Origin: an uncultured cyanobacterium
GTDB taxonomy: Bacteria; Cyanobacteriota; Cyanobacteriia; Cyanobacteriales; CAWCAG01
DNA: 64,000 nucleotides
Assembly (NCBI GenBank): GCA_963793425.1
Contig: CAWCAG010000005.1
Coordinates: 32,001 to 96,000 of the forward strand
Direction of reading: 5' to 3'
The notes under the pieces were generated by a model. That model saw only the letters and a program-made list of their open reading frames with translations, searched no databases and had not been told where the DNA came from. Below, in pieces: positions 43,041 through 52,624 of the stretch (its first letter is position 1; every line of letters begins with the position of its first letter). Made by a program: the position numbers and the translations under genes.

Positions 43041-44750
43041 ATGATAGCTAACTTTCAAGACGTATTTGGGGAAGGCAACCCGCAATTAATTAGGGAACTG
43101 AAAGGCAAACTAAAACCAATTAATATTGCGATCGCCACAGCAGCTTCCTTATTCGGTCAATTTTTACTTTATTTATTCTTCCACAAACTTTTACCAAACC
43201 CTCTTGTTGGTTCCCTAGAGAAATTCAGTCGTTATTGCCAGGGAAACACGCCAGATTTCTTAAATTATCCCAGTTCTCAACACTGTACTACAGATAGCTT
43301 AGGGAACTTAGCAATTAACTGGCAACTTTGGGGGTTAGATATCTTCATCTGCACCAGCGTTATTGGTATAGTTGCACTTTTAGTCGGGGGAACTTATTTA
43401 CTGATCCGAGACTTATCTCAAGAAGAGAGTCGCGGTACTTTAGGGTTTATTCGCCTGTCTCCTCAACCCGCAGCAGGTATCTTAACCGGTAAAATTTTAG
43501 GCGTACCTAGCTTACTATACTTATTTTGCGCCCTCGGTCTGCCCCTCAACTTCTATGGGGCAATGGAAGCAAACATTCCCCCTCTTCTAGTTGCCTCTTT
43601 CTACGGAATCTTGGCTGTTAGCTGTATTTTCTTCTACACCGCAGCTTTACTATTTTCCCTAGTTAATAACAAATTAGCTGCATTTTCTCCTTGGCTTGGT
43701 AGCGGTACAGTTTTAGCTTTCTTAATCATCGTCAACATACCCTTTTTAAGCAACATCGTAGGATTGCCAGTCTCTGCCATCTCCCATACCCCCTTTGATT
43801 GGTTCATTGTTTTTTATCCCGGCATCTTACTACCTCATCTAATTGCAGCCACTTCCTTAGCCCCAATCTATAATTTCGATGCTGCCAACTTAGCCCAGCT
43901 AAGATGGTATGGAATGCCCTTCTGGAGTCATGCCGGGGCAACAACAGCCTTTGTCTTAGCTAACTATTATTTGTGGACAAGTTGGCTGTGGCAAGGACTC
44001 AAACGCCGCTTCCATAACCCCAATAATGCCTTAATTACCAGACGACAAAGCTATTGGTTATCGGGCAGTTTCATTGCTACAATCATCGGTTTTGTCCCTC
44101 AACAACCAGAATTTGGTACTTACCAAGCTGCCTTGTTTGAAAACTTCGGCTTCGTTATGGGGCTAACCTTAATTCTCTTCCTCGCCTTAATTCCGACCTT
44201 AAGTCCTCAACGTCAAACCCTCCAAGATTGGGCTAGCTATCGCTATCAAAGTAAATATGATCGTTGGAGTTTGTGGAAAGATTTAGTTTGGGGAGAAAAA
44301 AGCCCGGCCACTTTAGCGATCGCCCTTAATCTTTTCACCGCCACAGCAGTAATCTTGCCCGGTATCTTAATGCTACCTCTGCAAGAATACAAACTACCTG
44401 TATTTTTCGGGATGCTTTTTACTGCCAGTCTAATTTTACTTTACGCTTGCATCTTTCAATTAGCTTTGTTGATGAAACGTCCTCAACACGGCATTTGGTT
44501 AGCAATGGCAGTCTTTGTTTCCACCATCTTCCCTTTTATGACTTGGTGGCTACTCAAACTCAACCCCCATACTGTACCGGGATTAGGCTTTTTCACCTTC
44601 CTTCCCACCACAGCCCTAGAATACACCCAAGTTACAACTTTATGCTTCTCCTTATTTGTCCCTTGGTTAAGCATCGCCTTAATTTCTTGGCAAACCAAAC
44701 GTCAATTACAAAAAGTGGGAGAGTCGGAAACTAAGGCTTTGTTAACTTAA
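43041..44750 (+). CDS. Multi-pass membrane protein (ABC-2 permease-like, cyanobacterial)
   Basis: NPQL.RELKG.L, EE.RGTL.FIRLSPQ..IL.GKILGVP, many TM helices. Confidence 0.7.
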   Translation: MIANFQDVFGEGNPQLIRELKGKLKPINIAIATAASLFGQFLLYLFFHKLLPNPLVGSLEKFSRYCQGNTPDFLNYPSSQHCTTDSLGNLAINWQLWGLDIFICTSVIGIVALLVGGTYLLIRDLSQEESRGTLGFIRLSPQPAAGILTGKILGVPSLLYLFCALGLPLNFYGAMEANIPPLLVASFYGILAVSCIFFYTAALLFSLVNNKLAAFSPWLGSGTVLAFLIIVNIPFLSNIVGLPVSAISHTPFDWFIVFYPGILLPHLIAATSLAPIYNFDAANLAQLRWYGMPFWSHAGATTAFVLANYYLWTSWLWQGLKRRFHNPNNALITRRQSYWLSGSFIATIIGFVPQQPEFGTYQAALFENFGFVMGLTLILFLALIPTLSPQRQTLQDWASYRYQSKYDRWSLWKDLVWGEKSPATLAIALNLFTATAVILPGILMLPLQEYKLPVFFGMLFTASLILLYACIFQLALLMKRPQHGIWLAMAVFVSTIFPFMTWWLLKLNPHTVPGLGFFTFLPTTALEYTQVTTLCFSLFVPWLSIALISWQTKRQLQKVGESETKALLT

Positions 44751-44922
44751 CCTCTCTATCAATAAAGGCGATTTGCTAGTGGCTAATTGCTATTGGAGTA
44801 CTCTAGGAGTCTGAGGCTTTGCGGTGAAATTTAGTGATTCCTTAAAAATTAGCCAGCGATTGCACAACGTATTATTTGTGTAGTATAATCGGATAAGTTA
44901 GTGGCAAAAAGGAAACCACACC

Positions 44923-45104
44923 ATGAATATCCGCAAAAACCTACGCAACATTGGTATTTCTGCCCATATCGACTCTGGCAAAACTACTTTAAGTGAGCGA
45001 ATTTTGTTCTACACAGGCAAAATCCACAAAATTGAAGAAGTACGAGGCGGTGGTAGTGGGGCGAAAATGGATTACATGGAGTTGGAAACCCTAAAAGGTA
45101 TTAC
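44923..45104 (+). pseudogene. fusA: Elongation factor G paralogue, N-terminal about 60 aa only, truncated at an IS insertion
   Basis: [28 protein letters not shown]...MD.MELE..KGIT, after which homology stops at TTAC. Confidence 0.88.
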
Positions 45105-46011
45105 CAAAAACCAAAAAAGGTCTAAGGTTCCCCGTTCTTATAGGACGGATTCGCTCTGCACTCTCACGGTATAATATTGAAAAAAGCAGAGCCTTTGCCT
45201 CCAAAAAGTGAAAGCACGATACAGATACAGATTTTATCCAAACATCGAGCAAAAACAAAAACTTGCTCAACTGTTTGGCTGTACTCGTGTAGTTTGGAAT
45301 GACGCTTTAGCTTTATGCAAAAGTAGTAGAAGGAGAGAAAAGACTAGAAAAAGAGCAGCAAGGTTACACACCAAAATTAAAGATGCTCGTCAAGACTTCC
45401 TCCATAAACTTTCAACCAAGATAATTCGTGAAAACCAAACAATAATCTTAGAAGACCTCAACGTATCGGGGATGGTCAAGAACAGAAAACTATCCCGTGC
45501 CATAAGTGACTTAGGTTGGCGTAGTTTTAGGACTATGTTAAAAGCCAAAGCCGTTATGTACCGCAGAGATTTTCGAGTCATAAATAGATGGGAACCGACT
45601 ACCCAAAAGTGTCATGGGTGTGGTTTTAAAGGTGGGAAGAAAGCGGATGCGACCCCGCGTCGGCGTAAGACCCAAGGGAACGCGCACCAAGTAGAACTCT
45701 CGGAAGGGAATGGACTTGTTTAAACTGCGGTGCAGTCCATGATAGAGATGTTAATGCTGCTGTCAACATTTTAGTCGCAGGGAGACACCCTGAGACTTTA
45801 AAGCGCACCGAACCCGCGCCGCCGAAAGGCGCAAGGGAACGCGGAGCAAGAAACGGACGTGGAGGGAAGCAGCTATACTACAACTGTAGCAGCAACCTGT
45901 GAAACGTCAACCCAACTAGAACCCGTGCAACTGTCGTTGTTTGGGTAGATAGGGAATCCCCGTACCTTAGCCTTCGGCAACGCTGCGCGAATAGGTCGGG
46001 GAGGATGTCAA
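45105..46011 (+). mobile_element. Degenerate IS200/IS605-family (tnpB-only) element
   Basis: Starts right after TTAC; left-end hairpin CCGTTCT-TAT-AGGACGG; right end GGAATCCCCG...CGGGGAGGATGTCAA. Confidence 0.85.
45208..45800 (+). pseudogene. tnpB: TnpB RNA-guided nuclease remnant (internal deletion, insertions, frameshift)
   Basis: KARYRYRFYP...LFGC.RVVWN jumps directly to the RuvC-II region (DFLHKLST, LEDLNV); CHGC zinc finger; [15 protein letters not shown] lies in another frame. Confidence 0.88.
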
Positions 46012-46237
46012 TATGGACTTGCGATGAAATACAGCAATCAATGTCTTTAACTCCCGCTTTCTGTAGTAAACACGACAACCAACAAGCGTGTACGCTACCT
46101 CCGCAAACATACTGTGCCACTAAACACAGACTTGGTATCAGTCGAATTTTGCTTAACCATTAGCAAATTTCACATTTAGAAACATTTCTAAATGTGTAGT
46201 TTTGGTATAGGCTGAACTAAATGAAAACTTTAAATCA

Positions 46238-46253
46238 ATAGATTTTTATCTAT
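46238..46253 (+). promoter_or_regulatory. Putative NdhR/CcmR (LysR) operator
   Basis: ATAG-ATTTTTAT-CTAT is an exact ATAG-N8-CTAT, about 50 nt upstream of bicA. Confidence 0.7.
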
Positions 46254-46302
46254 CAAGGTGCGCTTAAATTTACAGATTACTACTTAGACAACTTACAAAT
46301 TC

Positions 46303-48024
46303 ATGCAAATAGTCAACCGCATTCATTTTAGAAATCTTAGGGGGGATATTTTCGGTGGTCTAACCGCCGCAGTTATTGCCCTACCTATGGCTCTCGCCTT
46401 CGGGGTAGCTTCTGGGGCAGGGCCAGCCGCTGGTCTTTATGGAGCCGTTTTAGTCGGCTTTTTTGCTGCCCTGTTTGGAGGGACTCCTACCCTCATTTCT
46501 GAACCTACAGGACCAATGACAGTGGTAATGACCGCTGTCATTGCTGACTTAATTGCAGATACTGACCCCGAAACAGGTTTAGCCATGGCTTTTACAGTAG
46601 TCATGCTAGCCGGGGTTATCCAAATCATCTTTGGGATATTACGTTTAGGTAAATACGTTACCCTAATGCCTTACACCGTAGTCTCAGGCTTTATGTCCGG
46701 GATCGGGATCATTCTGATTATCTTACAAATAGGGCCCTTTCTTGGTCAAGTAAGTCCTAAAGGAGGTGTGGTTGGTACGATCCAAAACTTGCCAGATTTA
46801 TTAGCTAACATCAATCCGGCTGAGTTAGCTTTGAGTGCTATTACCGTAGCCTTACTTGTCTTTACACCAAGTAAAATTAAGAAATTTTTGCCACCCCAGC
46901 TTTTAGCTTTAATCTTGGGAACAATTATTTCTCTAACTGTATTCGCGAATGCAGGTATTCGTCGTATTAGTGATATTGGTGAAATTCCTACTGGTTTACC
47001 ATCTTTACATGCACCAACTTTTAGCCCTGAGCAACTACAGTTGATGTTTGTTGATGCCTTAGTTTTAGGGATGCTTGGTTGTATTGATGCTTTGCTTACT
47101 TCTGTGGTTGCAGACAGTCTTACCCGTACCCAACACGATTCTGACAAAGAACTAATCGGTCAAGGACTTGGTAACATTGCTTCTGGGCTGTTTGGCGGTA
47201 TTGCTGGGGCTGGGGCCACAATGGGAACAGTGGTTAATATTCAAGCAGGAGGACGTACTGCTTTATCTGGTTTAACTCGTGCCTTTATTTTGATGGTTGT
47301 TGTCTTGGGGGCTGCTGGTTTAACAGAAAGTATTCCTTTAGCAGTCTTAGCCGGTATTGCCCTTAAAGTAGGTATTGATATCATTGACTGGGGTTTCTTG
47401 AAACGGGCTCACAAAGTTTCTTGGAAAGCAGCTATGATTATGTATGGGGTAATTATCCTCACGGTATTTGTTGACTTAATTGCGGCTGTTGGTGTTGGTG
47501 TTTTTGTTGCTAATATTTTAACTATCGAACGCTTAAGCAAACTACAATCCAATGACGTGAAAGCAATTACCGATGCTGATGATGTCATTCTCTTAGATGA
47601 AGAAGAGAAACGACTCCTCAATGCTGGGGATGGTCGTATTCTGATTTTTCACCTTGATGGACCAATGATTTTCGGTGTAGCTAAAGCTATTTCTAGGCAA
47701 CAAATAGCCATGGAAGATCACGATGTCTTAATTCTTGATTTAAGCGATGTACCGATATTAGGTGTAACTTCTTCTTTAGCGATTGAAAATACTATTCAAG
47801 AAGCTTGTGATAAAGGCCGTCATGTCTTTATTGTCGGAGCGACAGGAGCAATTAAGCGCCGTTTACAAAAGTTTGGTATTTTACAACTCTTACCACCCCA
47901 CAACTTGGTGGTAGACCGTATAGATGCTCTCAAACAGGCTGTTGCTTTAATTAAGGGATACGAACCAGATTTAGAGCCAGTAGTTGCTGATAGGAATATG
48001 GCTGGGGGTTCAACTGCTGTCTAA
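46303..48024 (+). CDS. bicA: SulP-family Na+-dependent bicarbonate transporter BicA
   Basis: RIHFRNLRGD.FGG.TAAV.ALPMALAFG, ISEPTGPMTV, GAGATMGTVVN, C-terminal STAS domain; adjacent to sbtAB. Confidence 0.92.
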   Translation: MQIVNRIHFRNLRGDIFGGLTAAVIALPMALAFGVASGAGPAAGLYGAVLVGFFAALFGGTPTLISEPTGPMTVVMTAVIADLIADTDPETGLAMAFTVVMLAGVIQIIFGILRLGKYVTLMPYTVVSGFMSGIGIILIILQIGPFLGQVSPKGGVVGTIQNLPDLLANINPAELALSAITVALLVFTPSKIKKFLPPQLLALILGTIISLTVFANAGIRRISDIGEIPTGLPSLHAPTFSPEQLQLMFVDALVLGMLGCIDALLTSVVADSLTRTQHDSDKELIGQGLGNIASGLFGGIAGAGATMGTVVNIQAGGRTALSGLTRAFILMVVVLGAAGLTESIPLAVLAGIALKVGIDIIDWGFLKRAHKVSWKAAMIMYGVIILTVFVDLIAAVGVGVFVANILTIERLSKLQSNDVKAITDADDVILLDEEEKRLLNAGDGRILIFHLDGPMIFGVAKAISRQQIAMEDHDVLILDLSDVPILGVTSSLAIENTIQEACDKGRHVFIVGATGAIKRRLQKFGILQLLPPHNLVVDRIDALKQAVALIKGYEPDLEPVVADRNMAGGSTAV

Positions 48025-48220
48025 AAGCAGTTGATTTATTTTTGCTTATTTAAACCACTAACTTTTACCTTTCAATTACTCCCATATACTCCCGAATTCT
48101 TCCTCTCAATGTCACGGTATTTGTCACTAAGGCGTAGGTTTCTATTCAACAGCCGCGTGAGGTCTGGGCCAATACTTCTTCGCTGGTGTCAACGTCCCGC
48201 AGGTACGAAACACGGCCACC

Positions 48221-48249
48221 AAAAAGCCGGGGCATGACCCCGGCTTTTT
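48221..48249. terminator. Bidirectional intrinsic terminator
   Basis: AAAAAGCCGGGG-CATGA-CCCCGGCTTTTT between convergent bicA and sbtB. Confidence 0.88.
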
Positions 48250-48268
48250 GGGTCTGCTTCGTCTCAAT

Positions 48269-48634
<366 letters not shown>

Positions 48635-48746
48635 CTATATAGAAACTCAGGAAAACGGCAGCACCGCGCGCTATCGCGCTGATATTATAGTCGCCGCGTT
48701 GGTTGCCGGGCCAGGGGAGTACCGACAGACCGCGACCCGTCTGGGA

Positions 48747-49753
48747 TTAGCCGCCCATCAGCGCCTGGGCAAGCCCGATGTAGAGCGGTATTCCCAAGGC
48801 GATCGCAACCGGCGTGCCGATGGCTGTGGACGAGCCGATGTAGGCGGAGGGATTGGCCGACGGAATACCTGCCCGTAAAGTGGGCGGCCCTGAGATGTCT
48901 GAACTGGAGGCGGCGATGACGGCCAAGAGTACGACACCGCCAGCGCTGAATCCCGTGGCGTAGTGAGCAATCATGCCGAAACCGAAAGCGATGAACCCAT
49001 GCAGCAGCGGTGCCACAAAGGCATATACGGCGTACCACTGGGCTACCTTACGCAGCTCTTTAAGCCTTGCAGCGGCTTCCATACCCATAATCAGCATCAG
49101 TACCGAAAGCAAACCGCGAAAGAGGTAAGAGTAGAAGTCTTCATAAACCTCTCCCGGCTGGGTTATTAGGCCTAGCGCAAGCCCTAGCAGTAGTGCCGAT
49201 AGGGCAGAACCCTGGAGGCTTTCCTGCACGATGGGCCATACCCTAACCCGCTTGTTGGTGGTACCACGCTTCTTGCTGGTATAAATGCTGGCTAAGACGA
49301 TCGCAGTCACGAGCGCTGGGATGTCCATGAAGGGATAGAGGGCGGCGGCCCAGGGCCGTATGTCATGTTTTGCCCCTCCATCAGCGTCAGGGCAGCAGCG
49401 AGGGTAGAGCCACTCACGGCACCGAACAAGCCCGCAGTCGCGATGCCATCCTCGGTTTTGACGTTCGGCAGCTTGCACAATGTGTAGCGCCCGATGAACA
49501 CGATAAGGATTCCTATTACCACGGCGAACAGTGCGGGCAACAGTATCTCTCCCAGGTTGGCGTCGCGGATCGCCTGACCACCGGTCAGGCCAACTTTCAT
49601 GAGCAGCATGAAGACGATGAACTTATAGACCGGATCAGGAATTGATAGTCGGCTACCGAGGGAGGCAACGATTATACCGCCAATCAGAAAGCCGAGTGTC
49701 GGGGACTGCAACTGCTCCAGGAAGCGTGTTAAAAAATCGGACAGAAAATCCAC
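48747..49753 (-). pseudogene. sbtA: Na+-dependent bicarbonate transporter SbtA, split by a 1-nt deletion at about 49357
   Basis: The 49753 ORF (LQSPTLGFL, ATAGLFGAVSGSTL) joins the 48747 ORF (PWAAALYPFMDIP, ASSSDISGPPTLRAG). Adding one base gives TAC GAG CCC TGG = YEPW. Confidence 0.88.
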
Positions 49754-49964
49754 TTGTTATAATTCTCCTTGATCATATCTTAGGGGTCAGGACGGCAGGC
49801 AAGCGTGGCCTCGAATCCTGTGGGTAGCTAGCTCTACGCATCCAGATAAGCAGCGAGTCAACCCGCCACAGAGATTGCATCTGCATCCCGGTGCGTCGTG
49901 TGCTGGAAGATAAGGTTTCACTCTGGCGAGCGCAAATGATCGCGCTAATTCAGTGGTGATTCAT

Positions 49965-50033
49965 TAGACATCTCTAGAAAAGAGGGAACAGAGGGAAAGA
50001 ATTGATTTCATTTTCTATTATTGAAGATGTCTA
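49965..50033. mobile_element. Small MITE-like element (69 bp)
   Basis: Terminal inverted repeats TAGACATCT...AGATGTCTA. Confidence 0.5.
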
Positions 50034-50536
50034 TTGACAATAGCTTGTTACTAACATAGTTTACCAGCAATTGGTTCGTAAAGTAAACAAGAGCTGAAAT
50101 CGAAAACATATGACTAAAAATAGCGATTAAGCGGCTCTCTTTTTGGTCTTTTTACGTCGGGAGCATCCTTTCTTATCAATAGGATAAGTCTTTCTTTTGA
50201 CTCTTTTAAGTTGAAGAACTGTTCTCCGACTAAAACTAGCCATATTCCTCAATCTAAAGTGGACTTAGCACTAAAGCTTTTATCTGATAGGCGATCGCAT
50301 TAGTTTGATATTTAGTCTTGTTTTTCTGAGAAATTCCAAAGAGTTGCTTCGCTAAATTTGCATATAAAAGAAAATCATTCAGAGGATTTTTTCCTTTACC
50401 CAATGAACTCACCCAGAGATCCTTGAGTGAGAAACGGTATAAAGCCTTACTTTCTTAATCTTCCCGGTCTACCAGAGTGAATTACCGTCAAAGTTAAGCT
50501 AAAGTAGCTTTTGGATTTAAACAAAGTTAAACTTTA

Positions 50537-50998
50537 ATGCTACATTTTCAATACTCAACCCTCATCAATGCCCCTGTAGAAGCGGTTTGGCGCTTTCATG
50601 AAAGGGAAGATATTCTGCAAATTCTTACTCCTCCTTGGCAACCTGTACAAGTCGTCCGTAGAGAAGGAGGACTAGATGTTGGTGCAATTACAGAATTTCG
50701 CTTGTTTCTAGGGCCAATTCCTATAGCTTGGTTAGCCCGCCATGTGGAATGCCAAGAGTATAGGCTGTTTGCTGACCAACAAATAAAAGGGCCGATGGCA
50801 TATTGGTTACATCACCATCTTTTTGCTGAAGAAAATGGTCAAACTCGCTTAACAGACTCCATTGAATATGCTATACCTGGGGGCCAATTAGCGGAGTTTC
50901 TCCTTGGTTGGTGGGTGGAAATGAGGTTACATGATATGTTTCGTTATCGCCATCAAGTTACCGCAGAGAAAGTATTAGAAAACTATGGGATGATATAA
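50537..50998 (+). CDS. SRPBCC / cyclase family protein
   Basis: APVE.VW.FH, LTPPW, W.ARH, F.DQQ.KGP..W.H.H, F.YRH. Confidence 0.85.
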   Translation: MLHFQYSTLINAPVEAVWRFHEREDILQILTPPWQPVQVVRREGGLDVGAITEFRLFLGPIPIAWLARHVECQEYRLFADQQIKGPMAYWLHHHLFAEENGQTRLTDSIEYAIPGGQLAEFLLGWWVEMRLHDMFRYRHQVTAEKVLENYGMI

Positions 50999-51035
50999 GT
51001 AACGAAATATTTATAAAACTTGACACAATTAACCT

Positions 51036-51224
51036 ATGAGCTTTTTCCGCCAATACATCGCCCCATTCTTCGCTGTACTTATTTTTACAGTGGCTTTAGT
51101 AGCAGTAAGCGCCCGCATTTTCTTACCTTCAGATATGGCTGCACCTGCACCGGTTGAAGATGTGGATCTTGCCTCAGAAGTTGCTCCTCCGGCAGAAACA
51201 TCAACAGCCCCTGCTATGAATTAA
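51036..51224 (+). CDS. Small conserved cyanobacterial membrane protein
   Basis: FRQYIAP..LIF..ALVAVSARIFLPSDMAAPAP. Confidence 0.7.
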   Translation: MSFFRQYIAPFFAVLIFTVALVAVSARIFLPSDMAAPAPVEDVDLASEVAPPAETSTAPAMN

Positions 51225-51772
51225 TTGGTAATCTTGCCGACAATAGCTTGCTCGACCATATCAGGGCTAGAAGTAGCGTCAACCGTAAGAAGTTTTTGGC
51301 GAGGGCTATAATATTCCAGTATGGGAACAGTACGTTCTTGAAAGCTGGTAATACGGCGTTGAAGAATTTCTGGTTGATCATCAGCAAGGGAGCGCCCTAA
51401 AGAACGTTCTTTCATAACTTCTTCTGGAGCTTGTAAATAAATTGCCCAATTTAGCTTTTGGGCAAATTCATCAAGAAGAAAATCCAACTCTTCAGCTTGG
51501 AAAGCAGTGCGAGGATAACCTTCCAATAACCAACCTTTACTTACATCAGGTTCGTTAAGTCGCTGGCGCATAAATTGAATGAGAATTTGATCGGGAACTA
51601 ATTCCCCTTTTTTGACGTAATCCTCCGCCTTACGCCCTAAATCTGTTTGTTTTGCGATCGCACTACGAAGAATATCTCCCATAGCCACTCTGGGGATTTG
51701 AAAATGATCACATAGTCGCTGGGATTGAGTTCCTTTTCCTACCCCAGGCCCTCCCAAAATTACTAATCTCAC
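51221..51772 (-). CDS. adk: Adenylate kinase family protein
   Basis: GGPGVGKGTQ, GDILR, GELVPD, EGYPRT, DD. Confidence 0.88.
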   Translation of the reverse strand: MRLVILGGPGVGKGTQSQRLCDHFQIPRVAMGDILRSAIAKQTDLGRKAEDYVKKGELVPDQILIQFMRQRLNEPDVSKGWLLEGYPRTAFQAEELDFLLDEFAQKLNWAIYLQAPEEVMKERSLGRSLADDQPEILQRRITSFQERTVPILEYYSPRQKLLTVDATSSPDMVEQAIVGKITN

Positions 51773-52033
51773 AACTTCTCCTTAAAATTTACCGTTTTCT
51801 CAGCCTAGAGATAAATTTAGGGTATTTTGGGTTCTCTTGTTGGTAATTTATGTTAGACAACAAGCATTTATTCTTCAGAAACAACTTAACTCTGGTTCAA
51901 ACTCTCCAAAACGTTCTCTATATTTGGCTAATAACTCTTCAGCTTGTTCAGCTACATAATCCTTGAAAATATTTTTTACCTGCGTCCTCAAGACGAGGTA
52001 TTCTATAACTTCGATTTGATTAGTTAGGAAGTT

Positions 52034-52618
52034 GTGATTAAGAACGATAGTTGGATTAAAGAAATGGCTGCCGAGGGCATGATTGAGCCTTTTGAACCTT
52101 GTTTGGTACGCCGAGTTAGTAATAATTTGCCAGTAATTTCCTATGGCTTAAGCAGTTTTGGTTATGATATCAGGCTCTCGCCTTCAGAGTTTCGCATTTT
52201 CCGCCACATTCCTGGTACGGTAGTTGATCCTAAAAATTTTAATCCTGATAACTTAGAACCAACAATTCTCCATGAAGATAAGAATGGTAGCTTTTTTATT
52301 CTTCCTGCCCATTCCTACGGGTTGGGAGTTGCCTTAGAAAAATTAGCAATTCCCGATAATATTACCGTACTTTGTATTGGCAAAAGTACTTACGCCAGGG
52401 TCGGATTAATTGCTAACTTAACCCCAGGAGAAGCAGGGTGGCGAGGACATTTGACCCTAGAATTTTCTAATTCTTCCAGTGCTGATTGTCGTATTTATGC
52501 TTCTGAAGGAGTTGTACAATTGCTCTTTTTAGAAGGAAACCCTTGCGAAACAAGTTATCAAAAACGTCAAGGTAAATATCAAGATCAACCCGAAAAAGTC
52601 ATTTTTTCTAGAGTTTAA
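52034..52618 (+). CDS. dcd: dCTP deaminase
   Basis: ISYGLSSFGYDIRL, GKSTYAR, TPGEAGW.G.LTLE, GKYQ.Q. Confidence 0.95.
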   Translation: MIKNDSWIKEMAAEGMIEPFEPCLVRRVSNNLPVISYGLSSFGYDIRLSPSEFRIFRHIPGTVVDPKNFNPDNLEPTILHEDKNGSFFILPAHSYGLGVALEKLAIPDNITVLCIGKSTYARVGLIANLTPGEAGWRGHLTLEFSNSSSADCRIYASEGVVQLLFLEGNPCETSYQKRQGKYQDQPEKVIFSRV

Positions 52619-52624
52619 AGTAAA

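Noticed and set aside
42795..43085. 97-aa N-terminal extension of the ATPase-HTH ORF
   Set aside because: It overlaps the divergent gene and runs through a MITE-like repeat; ATG 42794 fits the FVGR domain start.
45105..46011. IStron (group I intron + tnpB) that could splice out of fusA mRNA
   Set aside because: Only about 100 nt precede tnpB, no group I core is visible, and the downstream exon is absent.
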